From: an uncultured candidate division Zixibacteria bacterium
Lineage (GTDB): Bacteria; Zixibacteria; MSB-5A5; RBG-16-43-9
Direction: 5' to 3'
Length of the DNA stretch: 64,000 nucleotides
Assembly: GCA_963713865.1 (NCBI GenBank)
Contig: OY970208.1
Location: 455,922-519,921 of the forward strand
Both the position numbers and the translations under genes were made by a program. Shown here piece after piece: positions 8,750 to 17,338 of this stretch. A model generated the notes under the pieces. That model was not told the DNA's origin. It saw only the letters and a program-made list of their open reading frames with translations, and made no database searches. Each line of letters begins with the position of its first letter. The stretch's first letter is position 1.

Positions 8750-9469
8750 ATGAGAAGCAGACTGGTTTTACTTGCCGAAATAATAGTTTTTCTGCTCTTA
8801 TTTTTTCTTATTATAAAAGCCTATACAGTGTGGGTGTGGGTGGCATTGGCTATATTCATTGCTTTATTAATCTATTTCAATATAAAGTCCACATTAGTTA
8901 TGCAACCGCTTCCGTTTCATGCCAAAGAGCTAAATCTACGGTTAGACTTCCTGGACAGTACTGGAGAGCGGGTTCATGTGACTAAAGAGCAACTAACCAA
9001 ATCCCTGAAGAGAACCGCTTATAAATATGTAGATCGAGGTATAGGTGGGACAGGAAAGATAAATAATTTTAAATCCTCTGTTTACATTGCAAACGAATGG
9101 CAGGTGGTGAAGACCCCTCTTCAGGTTACTGTGGAGGGGGCTGAACTTGCTGTGACAACAACCTTTGATGTCCCTTTATCTCACAAAATATGGATCAGAA
9201 GAAAATTTGAGTTTGATTGTATTAATTGTTTTTTAGAAAAAGAAGAAAGCTTCGTCTTCAGAATCGATAATCCGACTGAGTTATTAAAGATAATGTTTGT
9301 CTTTAATGAACATCGGAGACCTGATCAGATAAACATCACTAAGATAATGGGAGCTTTTAAGAAGGAGTTACCCGAAATTCGACCCTCTTCGATAAAACGA
9401 GAAGTATTCGAATGGTTTATCCAAAAGCCTCCATTGTATTCGGAGTATCTTTTTCTGTGGAAGTGGTAG
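8750..9469 (+). CDS. Hypothetical membrane protein: two N-terminal TM helices plus a roughly 190-aa domain of unknown family
   Basis: 239-aa ORF in AT-rich DNA. A distant paralogous C-terminal fragment occurs at 62047-62416, with a gapless 34-aa block about 32% identical and a matching ...EW(F/Y)...W(K/D)W-stop terminus. Confidence 0.65.
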   Translation: MRSRLVLLAEIIVFLLLFFLIIKAYTVWVWVALAIFIALLIYFNIKSTLVMQPLPFHAKELNLRLDFLDSTGERVHVTKEQLTKSLKRTAYKYVDRGIGGTGKINNFKSSVYIANEWQVVKTPLQVTVEGAELAVTTTFDVPLSHKIWIRRKFEFDCINCFLEKEESFVFRIDNPTELLKIMFVFNEHRRPDQINITKIMGAFKKELPEIRPSSIKREVFEWFIQKPPLYSEYLFLWKW

Positions 9470-9723
9470 AGATTCTCGCAACGAAAGAACACTTATCTCC
9501 TAGCCAGTTTGTCCTTTCATTTTTTGCATAGCACCAGTCATCAAATCTTTACTTGCTCATGATTTTATAGTTGGACTAAAAACTTCTGAAATTTCTCAAG
9601 GAATAGGATTCTAGACTTACGGTAGAGCATTTCTATTGACATCTTCAGTGTAAGGTCTTAGTTTAAGCTTTCATTGGATATATATTGGGACCACTTATTT
9701 GATTTTCCAGCTTGGAGGTTTTT

Positions 9724-11382
9724 ATGGAATATAGACCGATAAAAGCACTCCGGGGAACAACTCTTTCATGCAAGGGCTGGCACCAGGAGGCAGCTTTGAG
9801 GATGCTCCAGAATAATTTGGATGAGGAGGTGGCAGAAAACCCTCAGGAGCTTATCATTTACGGGGGGAGTGGAAAAGCAGCTCGTAACTGGGAATGTTAT
9901 TATGCCATTGTGGAAGCTTTAAAAAATTTAGAGAACGATGAAACTCTTTTAGTCCAATCTGGTAAGCCAGTGGGGATTTTCAAAACCCATTCTTATGCTC
10001 CCAGAGTTTTAATCTCCAACTCGATGATGGTTCCTGCCTGGGCTAACTGGGAGAAGTTCAGGGAATTGGAAAAACTGGGTTTGATTATGTTCGGACAGAT
10101 GACTGCCGGCTCGTGGATTTATATCGGCACTCAGGGAATCTTGCAAGGGACTTATGAGACCTTTGCCTCAGTGGCAAAAAAGCATTTTACCGGAGACCTG
10201 AAAGGGAGATTCGTCCTGACTGGTGGAATGGGTGGTATGGGCGGGGCTCAACCCTTAGCAGTTACGATGAATGGTGGTGCGGTTCTCTGTGTGGAGGTGG
10301 ATAAAAAAAGAATAGAAAGGAGACTTTCCAAAGGTTATTGCGATAAGATGGTAGAAAGCTTAGATGAAGCTCTGGATATGATATTAAAAGCTAAAAATAA
10401 AGGAAAAGCCATCTCAGTTGGTTTGGTGGCTAACTGTGCTGACACTCATCCAGAGATTTTAAAAAGAGGGATAATCCCGGATATCGTAACTGATCAGACC
10501 AGCGCCCATGATGAGTTGAATGGATATGTCCCCGCAGGGATACCTTATGAAGAAGCTTTGAACTTAAGAAAAGAAAATCCGGAAGAATATATCAAAAGGT
10601 CGATGGAGTCTATTACTAAACATGTTGAAGCGATGTTAGGATTTTTAAAAGCTGGCTCAATAGTATTTGATTACGGAAATAATATAAGGGGTCAGGCAAA
10701 AAAGGCAGGGGTTGAGAATGCCTTTGAATTCCCGGGTTTTGTTAGCGCTTATATCAGACCTCTATTCTGTCTGGGAAAGGGTCCTTTTAGATGGGCGGCT
10801 TTGTCTGGTGACCCGGAGGATATTAAAATCACGGATAAAATAGTTCTGCGGGAGTTCAAAGAGGATGAGCCTTTGTGCCGGTGGATAAAATTGGCTTCCA
10901 AAAAAGTCCAGTTCCAGGGACTGCCTGCAAGAATCTGCTGGCTGGGTTATGGCGAAAGAGCTCATTTCGGTGATATTATCAACAGATTGGTCAAAAGAGG
11001 GAAGATAAAAGCCCCGGTTGTTATTGGCAGAGACCATCTGGACTGCGGGTCTGTGGCATCACCCTACAGGGAGACAGAGGGGATGAAAGACGGCTCAGAT
11101 GCGATTGCAGACTGGCCTATTTTGAATGGGCTTTTAAATGCGGTTTCAGGAGCCTCCTGGGTCTCAGTTCACCACGGTGGTGGAGTAGGTATCGGGAACT
11201 CAATTCATGCCGGGATGGTGATAGTGGCAGACGGGTCAAAAGAGATGAAATTGAGGCTGGAAAGAGTCTTGACCAATGATCCAGGCACAGGAGTTGCAAG
11301 ACATGCGGATGCAGGCTATGAAGAAGCAATCAAAGTGGCAAAAGAAAAAGGGATAAAGATACCGATGTTGAAAGAGAAGTAA
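9724..11382 (+). CDS. hutU: Urocanate hydratase
   Basis: 552 aa. Urocanase-type sequence including [18 protein letters not shown] lies 5 nt before ATG 9724. The ORF-track start 9712 is an upstream TTG. Confidence 0.9.
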   Translation: MEYRPIKALRGTTLSCKGWHQEAALRMLQNNLDEEVAENPQELIIYGGSGKAARNWECYYAIVEALKNLENDETLLVQSGKPVGIFKTHSYAPRVLISNSMMVPAWANWEKFRELEKLGLIMFGQMTAGSWIYIGTQGILQGTYETFASVAKKHFTGDLKGRFVLTGGMGGMGGAQPLAVTMNGGAVLCVEVDKKRIERRLSKGYCDKMVESLDEALDMILKAKNKGKAISVGLVANCADTHPEILKRGIIPDIVTDQTSAHDELNGYVPAGIPYEEALNLRKENPEEYIKRSMESITKHVEAMLGFLKAGSIVFDYGNNIRGQAKKAGVENAFEFPGFVSAYIRPLFCLGKGPFRWAALSGDPEDIKITDKIVLREFKEDEPLCRWIKLASKKVQFQGLPARICWLGYGERAHFGDIINRLVKRGKIKAPVVIGRDHLDCGSVASPYRETEGMKDGSDAIADWPILNGLLNAVSGASWVSVHHGGGVGIGNSIHAGMVIVADGSKEMKLRLERVLTNDPGTGVARHADAGYEEAIKVAKEKGIKIPMLKEK

Positions 11383-11418
11383 GAAGTGAGACGGAAGACG
11401 GGAGACGAGACTTTGTGC

Positions 11419-11471
11419 CCGCAAGGTCCCCTGACCTTGCGGGGAAACTAATCCTGTCGGGTCAGGGGACC
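11419..11471. repeat. REP-like compound hairpin between hutU and hutI
   Basis: CCGCAAGG-N8-CCTTGCGG overlapping GGTCCCCTGAC...GTCAGGGGACC. Confidence 0.7.
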
Positions 11472-11518
11472 CGAAAGGCACCTATATGTAAGATGTGAGA
11501 TGTGAGACGAAAAAGAAA

Positions 11519-12778
11519 ATGAAAAAAGTTACTCTTCTTATTAAAAACGCTAAACAACTTCTAACCCTCTCCTCTGATAAGAAAGGTCCCCGCAGGGGGA
11601 GGGAGATGGATGATCTGAGGTTGATTGAAGACGGGGCAATTGCTGTATCCGGCAAAAAGATAGTGGCAGTCGGAAAAACCAAGGATGTTTTAACTCGGAT
11701 TAAGACAGATAAAAAGACAAAAGTTATTAAAGCTGACGATAAAGTCGTTCTTCCCGGATTTGTGGACTGTCATACTCACCCGGTTTTTGGTGCTACCCGA
11801 GAGGAGGAGTTTGAATTAAGAATAAAAGGTAAAACCTATGAGGAGATTGCCCGGGCTGGTGGTGGGATCAAGTCGAGCGTCAAGTCATTGAGGCAATTAT
11901 CAAAAGAAGAATTAATAAAATTAACTCTACCCCGTTTAGATAGATTTTTATCCTATGGCACAACCACGATTGAGGCAAAATCAGGTTACGGTCTTTCACT
12001 GAACGACGAGATTAAGATTTTAGAGGTGATTAAAAAGTTAAGCCAGATTCATCCAATAGATTTAGTTCCTACTTTTTTGGGGGCACATGAAATCCCGGAT
12101 GAGTATAGAGAAAGAAGAGAGGAATATATTGATTTATTAGTCAAGCAGATGATTCCGGAGGTGGCTAAAAGGAAATTAGCTTACTTCTGTGATGTTTTCT
12201 GCGAAAAAGGAGTCTTTAGCCTGGACGAATCCAGAAAAATATTAGAAACAGCTAAAAATTATGGATTAAAGCCAAAGCTTCACGCAGATCAGTTGACTCC
12301 TTTTGGTGGGGCTGAATTATCCGCAGAAGTTGGTGCCGTCTCCGCTGACCATTTGGAATTTGTTTCTGATTCCGGGATTGACAGGATGAAAAAATCCGGA
12401 ACAATCGCAGTCCTTTTACCTGGCTCGGTTTTCGGATTGGGTAAAGAAAATTACCCGCCGGCACGTAAAATGATTGAGAGGGGTTTGCCTGTAGCTTTAG
12501 CCACAGATTTCAATCCGGGCAGCTCTTTTACAGAATCTATGCCTGTTATCTTGAGCTTAGCCTGTTTGAGGATGAAGCTTACCCCGGCTGAAGGTATAAC
12601 TGCGGCAACTATCAACTCCGCCTATGCCATAGATAGAGGAGATTCAATCGGCAGTTTAGAGTCAGGCAAGAAAGCAGATATAGTTATCTGGGATGTGAAA
12701 AATTACAAAGAGCTACCGTATCATTATGGAGTTAATTTAGTGGATAAGGTCATTAAAAACGGAGAAATTATCCGGTGA
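11519..12778 (+). CDS. hutI: Imidazolonepropionase (amidohydrolase superfamily)
   Basis: DCHTHPVFG metal-binding motif and amidohydrolase-type sequence throughout. Directly follows hutU. ATG 11519 (MKKVTLLIKNA) is preferred over the GTG at 11495, which lies in low-complexity sequence. Confidence 0.85.
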   Translation: MKKVTLLIKNAKQLLTLSSDKKGPRRGREMDDLRLIEDGAIAVSGKKIVAVGKTKDVLTRIKTDKKTKVIKADDKVVLPGFVDCHTHPVFGATREEEFELRIKGKTYEEIARAGGGIKSSVKSLRQLSKEELIKLTLPRLDRFLSYGTTTIEAKSGYGLSLNDEIKILEVIKKLSQIHPIDLVPTFLGAHEIPDEYRERREEYIDLLVKQMIPEVAKRKLAYFCDVFCEKGVFSLDESRKILETAKNYGLKPKLHADQLTPFGGAELSAEVGAVSADHLEFVSDSGIDRMKKSGTIAVLLPGSVFGLGKENYPPARKMIERGLPVALATDFNPGSSFTESMPVILSLACLRMKLTPAEGITAATINSAYAIDRGDSIGSLESGKKADIVIWDVKNYKELPYHYGVNLVDKVIKNGEIIR

Positions 12779-13305
12779 GAAAAAAAATTCGCTGTTCGCT
12801 ATTCGCTACTGGCCATTTGAAATTCTTAACCCTGTTTGCTGTCTACTGTCTACTGTCTACTCTCTTAAGCTGTGGTCCTTACTCATTTACCGGCTCTGGT
12901 TTGCCCGGTATAAAAACCATTGCCATCCCTCTGTTTGAAAACCAGACCCAGGAATACGGCATAAGGGAGGAATTAACCGAGAAGATTGTCCAGGGATTCG
13001 TTCAGGATAATACTCTGAAAGTAGTAAATGAAAAGATTGCAGATTCAATTCTCAGGGGGACGATTTTAAAATACGAGAAAGTTGCCCACACCTTTGATGA
13101 AAAAGAGAATGTGAAAGAATATATAGTCAGGATTTTTGTAAAGGTGGTATTGGAGGATAAGAAACATAGCAAGAATATCTGGGAGGAGGAAAACCTTCAG
13201 GGCTGGGGGATTTATCCTGCAGATTCAACTGAGGTATATGGAAAGACTAAAGCGATTGATAAGTTGACTGAGGATATTGTGAACAGGACGGTTAAAGGGT
13301 GGTAG
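12775..13305 (+). CDS. lptE: LptE-like outer-membrane lipoprotein
   Basis: Lipobox LLSC followed by GPYSFTGSGLPGIKTIAIPLFENQT, which resembles LptE-family N-termini. Overlaps the hutI stop by 4 nt. Confidence 0.55.
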   Translation: MRKKIRCSLFATGHLKFLTLFAVYCLLSTLLSCGPYSFTGSGLPGIKTIAIPLFENQTQEYGIREELTEKIVQGFVQDNTLKVVNEKIADSILRGTILKYEKVAHTFDEKENVKEYIVRIFVKVVLEDKKHSKNIWEEENLQGWGIYPADSTEVYGKTKAIDKLTEDIVNRTVKGW

Positions 13306-13554
13306 GTGTTAGGTAATAGGTGATGGGTTGTTGGATATAGGGGAAAACTTAAAACATAATTTTGTCTTTCTAATTTTTACCCACAAATTTTAGGCGTGTT
13401 AGTTAAATCAGCTTAGCACAGTATTTTCCATTTATTTTTTCTAATCTTGGCACCTAAACTTTAGCTAAAGTTGTCCGATAATTTAAACAGATTGAAGTAA
13501 TAAAACCGCGCATAGGCCGGTTTTTCAAAGTCTTTCGTTGTTAGGGGGGCAGGA

Positions 13555-13818
13555 ATGAAAGACGAGTATAAGCCTAAAGAAGAGTACAATTCTCGCCTGG
13601 TAACTTCATTCAGGTCGTTTTCCCAATTCATCGATATTTTTGTAGTCCTGGTGGGCGGAGCGGTGCTCATCGGCTGGATGTTTGACGTCTCAATTTTGAA
13701 AAGCATCCATCCCCACTTAGTGGCGATGAAAGCCAGCTTCGCGCTTTGCTTCGTGTTGATTGGTGTCACTGTGGCTATTCCGCGCGGAAAAACCACAATC
13801 CATAGTTCAAAAACGTAA
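13555..13818 (+). pseudogene. Truncated N-terminal membrane segment of a sensor kinase
   Basis: The 87-aa ORF encodes two TM helices of a common sensor N-terminal domain (LIGWMFDVSILKSIHPHLVAMKASFALCFVLIGV) and then stops. Its last roughly 95 nt belong to the block duplicated at 17175-17344. Confidence 0.55.
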
Positions 13819-13883
13819 GCGTAATATCGCGGGGGTATGCGCATGTCTTTATGATTTTGAACGATAAGGTTGGAGGAAAAGAA

Positions 13884-15236
13884 ATGAATAGTACGGAAAA
13901 GACCAAAGACAAAACAGTGGGAGAAAAGGAAAAACTGTTACGAATCCAGGTGGTGGAGCCGGATAATTCGGAATTCAAGCGCAAGGAAGCAGAAAAGAGA
14001 CTGCGCGGGAAGAAGGTTAAGGACGTGCAGAAACTATCAGCTAAAGAAGTCCAGCGCAGGCGAGCGGAGGAGGTGCTGAGCGCTTCGGAGGTCCGGTATC
14101 GTCGGCTCTTTGAGACAGCTAAAGACGGAATTTTGATACTCGATGCCGAGACCGGGATGATCGTAGATGTGAATCCGTACTTGATTGAGATGTTGGGTTT
14201 CTCGCACGAACAGTTAACGGGAAAGGAAATCTGGGAAATAGGGCTTTTCAAGGATATCGCCTCCAACAAAGCCAACTTCATGGAATTACAAAGGCAGGGA
14301 TATGTCCGCTATGAGGATTTGCCGCTGGAAACCGTCGATGGGCGGCGGATCGAGGTGGAGTTCGTCAGCAACGTTTATACAGTGAACCACCAGAAGGTGA
14401 TCCAGTGCAACATCCGCGACATTACCGACCGCATACGGGCGCAAGATAAGTTGAAGAAAGCTCTTCTTGATTTAGAACGCTCCAATAAAGAACTGGAGGT
14501 ATTCAGTTATTCTGTTTCCCACGACCTGCGCGCTCCATTAAGGAGTATAAATGGCTTCAGTGAAGCTTTGCTTGAAGAGTATGCGGATAAGTTAGACATG
14601 CAAGGTAAGGATTTTCTTCAACGAGTATGCGCGGCAAGCCGGCATATGGGAGAGCTGATTGAGGGGTTGTTGAATCTCTCGCGAGTGGCACGCGCACCGC
14701 TACGTCAACAGGCAATGGATCTTAGCGCCATGGCACGCTCAATTGCGAATGAACTTCGCCAAAGACAACCCGAGCGCCAGGTGGAGTTTGTTATTGCTGA
14801 GGGGGTGATGGGGAATAGTGATCTCCACTTACTTGAGATAGTGTTAGAGAATCTTTTAAGCAATGCCTGGAAGTTTACCGAGAAACACCCCCGCGCCAGA
14901 ATAGAATTTGGAGTTATGCAGAAAGAAGACGAAACTGTCTATTTCGTGCGAGATGACGGCGCGGGTTTTGATATGGCTTACGTGGACAAGCTTTTCGGCG
15001 CATTCCAGCGTCTGCATACCAAGAATGATTTTGAGGGCACTGGAATTGGCTTAGCTACGGTGCAACGTATTATTCATCGCCATGGAGGGCGAGTCTGGGC
15101 GGAAGGAGGCGTAGAAAAAGGAGCAACTTTTTACTTTACCTTACCAAAAGTCAATGCGGCGGTTGTAGAGGAAACCCTAAACAAAGAAGGGATAAATGAA
15201 GAAGAAATTTGTCTTATTGGTGGAGGACAACAGTGA
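13884..15236 (+). CDS. PAS-domain sensor histidine kinase
   Basis: PAS (YRRLFETAKDGILILD...), H-box FSYSVSHDLRAPL and ATPase boxes LLSNAWKFT, DDGAGFD, GTGIGLATV. ATG 13884 is preceded by GGTTGGAGGA. The ORF-track start 13851 is in frame upstream. Confidence 0.85.
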   Translation: MNSTEKTKDKTVGEKEKLLRIQVVEPDNSEFKRKEAEKRLRGKKVKDVQKLSAKEVQRRRAEEVLSASEVRYRRLFETAKDGILILDAETGMIVDVNPYLIEMLGFSHEQLTGKEIWEIGLFKDIASNKANFMELQRQGYVRYEDLPLETVDGRRIEVEFVSNVYTVNHQKVIQCNIRDITDRIRAQDKLKKALLDLERSNKELEVFSYSVSHDLRAPLRSINGFSEALLEEYADKLDMQGKDFLQRVCAASRHMGELIEGLLNLSRVARAPLRQQAMDLSAMARSIANELRQRQPERQVEFVIAEGVMGNSDLHLLEIVLENLLSNAWKFTEKHPRARIEFGVMQKEDETVYFVRDDGAGFDMAYVDKLFGAFQRLHTKNDFEGTGIGLATVQRIIHRHGGRVWAEGGVEKGATFYFTLPKVNAAVVEETLNKEGINEEEICLIGGGQQ

Positions 15237-15648
15237 CGACGTGGAGCTAACTCTACGTTCGTTTAAGAAGAACAAATTAATCAACGAGGTGGTGGTGGTA
15301 CGGGATGGGGCGGAGGCATTGGATTTTCTCTTTGGCACAGGTAAATATGCCGATCGTGATTTGAGCATTACGCCTCAGCTTATTCTCTTAGATTTGAAAC
15401 TGCCCAAAGTCGATGGCTTAGAGGTGCTCAAGCGTCTGCGCTCCGACGAACGGACTAAGCTTACTCCAGTAACCATTCTTACCTCATCCAAAGAGGAACA
15501 AGACGTGGTAAATGGATACAAGTGGGGCGCCAACAGTTACATCCGAAAACCGGTGGACTTTGAAAAATTCTCCGAAGCCATACGGCAGTTGGGGTTGTAT
15601 TGGCTGGTTTTAAACGAGTCCGTGCCTGAGAATGTGTTGTTTCATTAA
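15196..15648 (+). CDS. Single-domain CheY-like response regulator
   Basis: Receiver motifs LLVEDNSDD, LILLDLKLPKVDG and SYIRKP. No output domain. Overlaps the end of the upstream kinase gene. Confidence 0.85.
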   Translation: MKKKFVLLVEDNSDDVELTLRSFKKNKLINEVVVVRDGAEALDFLFGTGKYADRDLSITPQLILLDLKLPKVDGLEVLKRLRSDERTKLTPVTILTSSKEEQDVVNGYKWGANSYIRKPVDFEKFSEAIRQLGLYWLVLNESVPENVLFH

Positions 15649-15741
15649 GGGGATTAGGGGCTTGGGACTAGAGGATAGTGATTTTACCCACCAGCCCCAA
15701 CTTTTTTACCCACGGGTTGGGTGAAAAGGAAGGAGTAAACA

Positions 15742-16872
15742 GTGAGCAAACCGCTTCGGGTTTTGATAGTTGAAGATTCAGAGGATGACGCCCAACTGAT
15801 TTTGCACGAGCTCAAATGCGGTGGCTTTGAGCCCAACTTTGAACGGGTGGATACACCCGAGGCAATGCAGACGGTGCTGGACAAACAGGCATGGGACATT
15901 ATCCTGTCTGACTATGTAATGCCCCGCTTTAGTGGGCTGGAGGCACTGAAAATAGTTAAAGAGAAGGGGTTAGATCTGCCGTTCATTATTATATCTGGCA
16001 AAATTGGCGAGGATGTCGCGGTTGGGGCTATGAAAGCCGGGGCGCATGATTATCTAATGAAAGGCAATCTCAAAAGATTATCTGCCGTAGTAGAGCGGGA
16101 GTTAAGAGAGGCACAAGTGAGAGCGGCGCACCGGAATGCAGAAGAACAATTACAGATGACTGAAAGGCTTCGCTTGTTGGGTGAGATGGCCGCTTCTATT
16201 ATGCACGACCTTAAAAACCCAATGCAGATTGTATTAGGTACTGCTGAAATCTTGGACACGGATAATTTAGCACCCTCCCGACGCTCGAAACACTGCCAGA
16301 TGATTGTTCAGCAGGTCAAGCGTATGGTCAGCTTGACCCAAGATATTCTAGATTTTGCCAAAGATCAATTGCAGATAACTCCCCAGCCAGTGAACATAGA
16401 GGAGTTCTGCCAGGAGTTAGTTAACGACTACCAAAGCACTCTTCCAGCATCAGGGATTAATGTTACTTATGTTCATCAATTGCAGAAGGATGGTTCACCT
16501 CTTGTCTTTTTGGATGCGGAGAGAATCAGGCGAGTTTTGGTCAACCTGATAGACAATGCTAAAGATGCTATGCCCAAGGGAGGGGAAATCAAACTCACCT
16601 CTGGGCTGAGTAAACAAGCCCTATATCTGAAAGTTGAAGATACTGGTATGGGGATACCAGAGAAGATCAGGGATTCAATTTTCAAAGCCTTTGTCACTTA
16701 TGGGAAGTGTAAAGGAACAGGACTGGGTTTATCCGTGGTGCAAAAAATTGTGGAGGCACATAAGGGCTGGATTACTTTTACTTCAACTCCCGGGGCCGGG
16801 ACTACATTCACAGTAACGCTCCCTCAATCGATCATAAAGGAAAGGGAGCCAAGCTTAATTCAGAGTGGTTAA
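15742..16872 (+). CDS. Hybrid receiver-histidine kinase (REC-HisKA-HATPase_c)
   Basis: GTG start. REC (VLIVEDSEDD, ILSDYVMP, GAMKAGAHDYL), H-box MAASIMHDLKNP and ATPase boxes DNAKDAMP, DTGMGIP, GTGLGLSVV. Confidence 0.85.
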   Translation: MSKPLRVLIVEDSEDDAQLILHELKCGGFEPNFERVDTPEAMQTVLDKQAWDIILSDYVMPRFSGLEALKIVKEKGLDLPFIIISGKIGEDVAVGAMKAGAHDYLMKGNLKRLSAVVERELREAQVRAAHRNAEEQLQMTERLRLLGEMAASIMHDLKNPMQIVLGTAEILDTDNLAPSRRSKHCQMIVQQVKRMVSLTQDILDFAKDQLQITPQPVNIEEFCQELVNDYQSTLPASGINVTYVHQLQKDGSPLVFLDAERIRRVLVNLIDNAKDAMPKGGEIKLTSGLSKQALYLKVEDTGMGIPEKIRDSIFKAFVTYGKCKGTGLGLSVVQKIVEAHKGWITFTSTPGAGTTFTVTLPQSIIKEREPSLIQSG

Positions 16873-16888
16873 AAAAAGGGAGGGTTAA

Positions 16889-17320
16889 ATAGCTAAGCCA
16901 CTAAAGGTTTTAATTGTAGAAGATTCAGAGGATGATACTCAACTGATTTTGCGCGAGCTCAAACGTGGCGGTTACGAACCTGTGTTTGAGCGGGTGAATA
17001 ATCCTGCGGCCCTGAGTGCCGCGCTGGAAAAAAAGGAGTGGGACGTTGTCTTGAGTGATTACGTTATGCCCCAGCTCAGTGGGCTGGATGCTCTGGGGCT
17101 ATTAAAAAAGAAGGGGCTGGATCCTCCGTTCATCGTTATTTCGGGTAAAGTCGGTGAGGATACCGCAGTCGAAACGATGAAAGCCAGCTCCGCGCTTTGT
17201 TTCGTGTTGATTGGCGTGCCACTGTGGCAATTCCGTGCGGAAAAACCACAACCCACAGTTCAAAAACGTAAGCATAATATCGCGGGGGTATGCACATTCA
17301 TTTATGATTTTGAACGATAA
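16889..17320 (+). pseudogene. Chimeric remnant: receiver domain of a REC-kinase paralog fused to a sensor TM fragment
   Basis: Codons from 16889 (IAKPLKVLIVEDSEDDTQLILRELKRGGYEP...) parallel the start of the 15742 gene, but ATA replaces its GTG start. At ...VETMKA (17176) the frame switches into SSALCFVLIGV..., a copy of 13726 onward. Confidence 0.7.
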
Positions 17321-17338
17321 GGTTGGAGGAGGCGCTAA

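Noticed and set aside
8750-9469. The idea that the 239-aa protein next to a protease is a bacterial gasdermin-like pore former.
   Set aside because: The size and the protease neighbour fit. However, the protein begins with two constitutive TM helices and I see none of the gasdermin N-terminal features. Nothing in the sequence supports the idea, so it stays unknown.
13447-13470. A sigma54-like TTGGCAC element upstream of the kinase cluster.
   Set aside because: The downstream GC dinucleotide lies 3 nt too far from the GG for the -24/-12 spacing, and no TTGC element is present.
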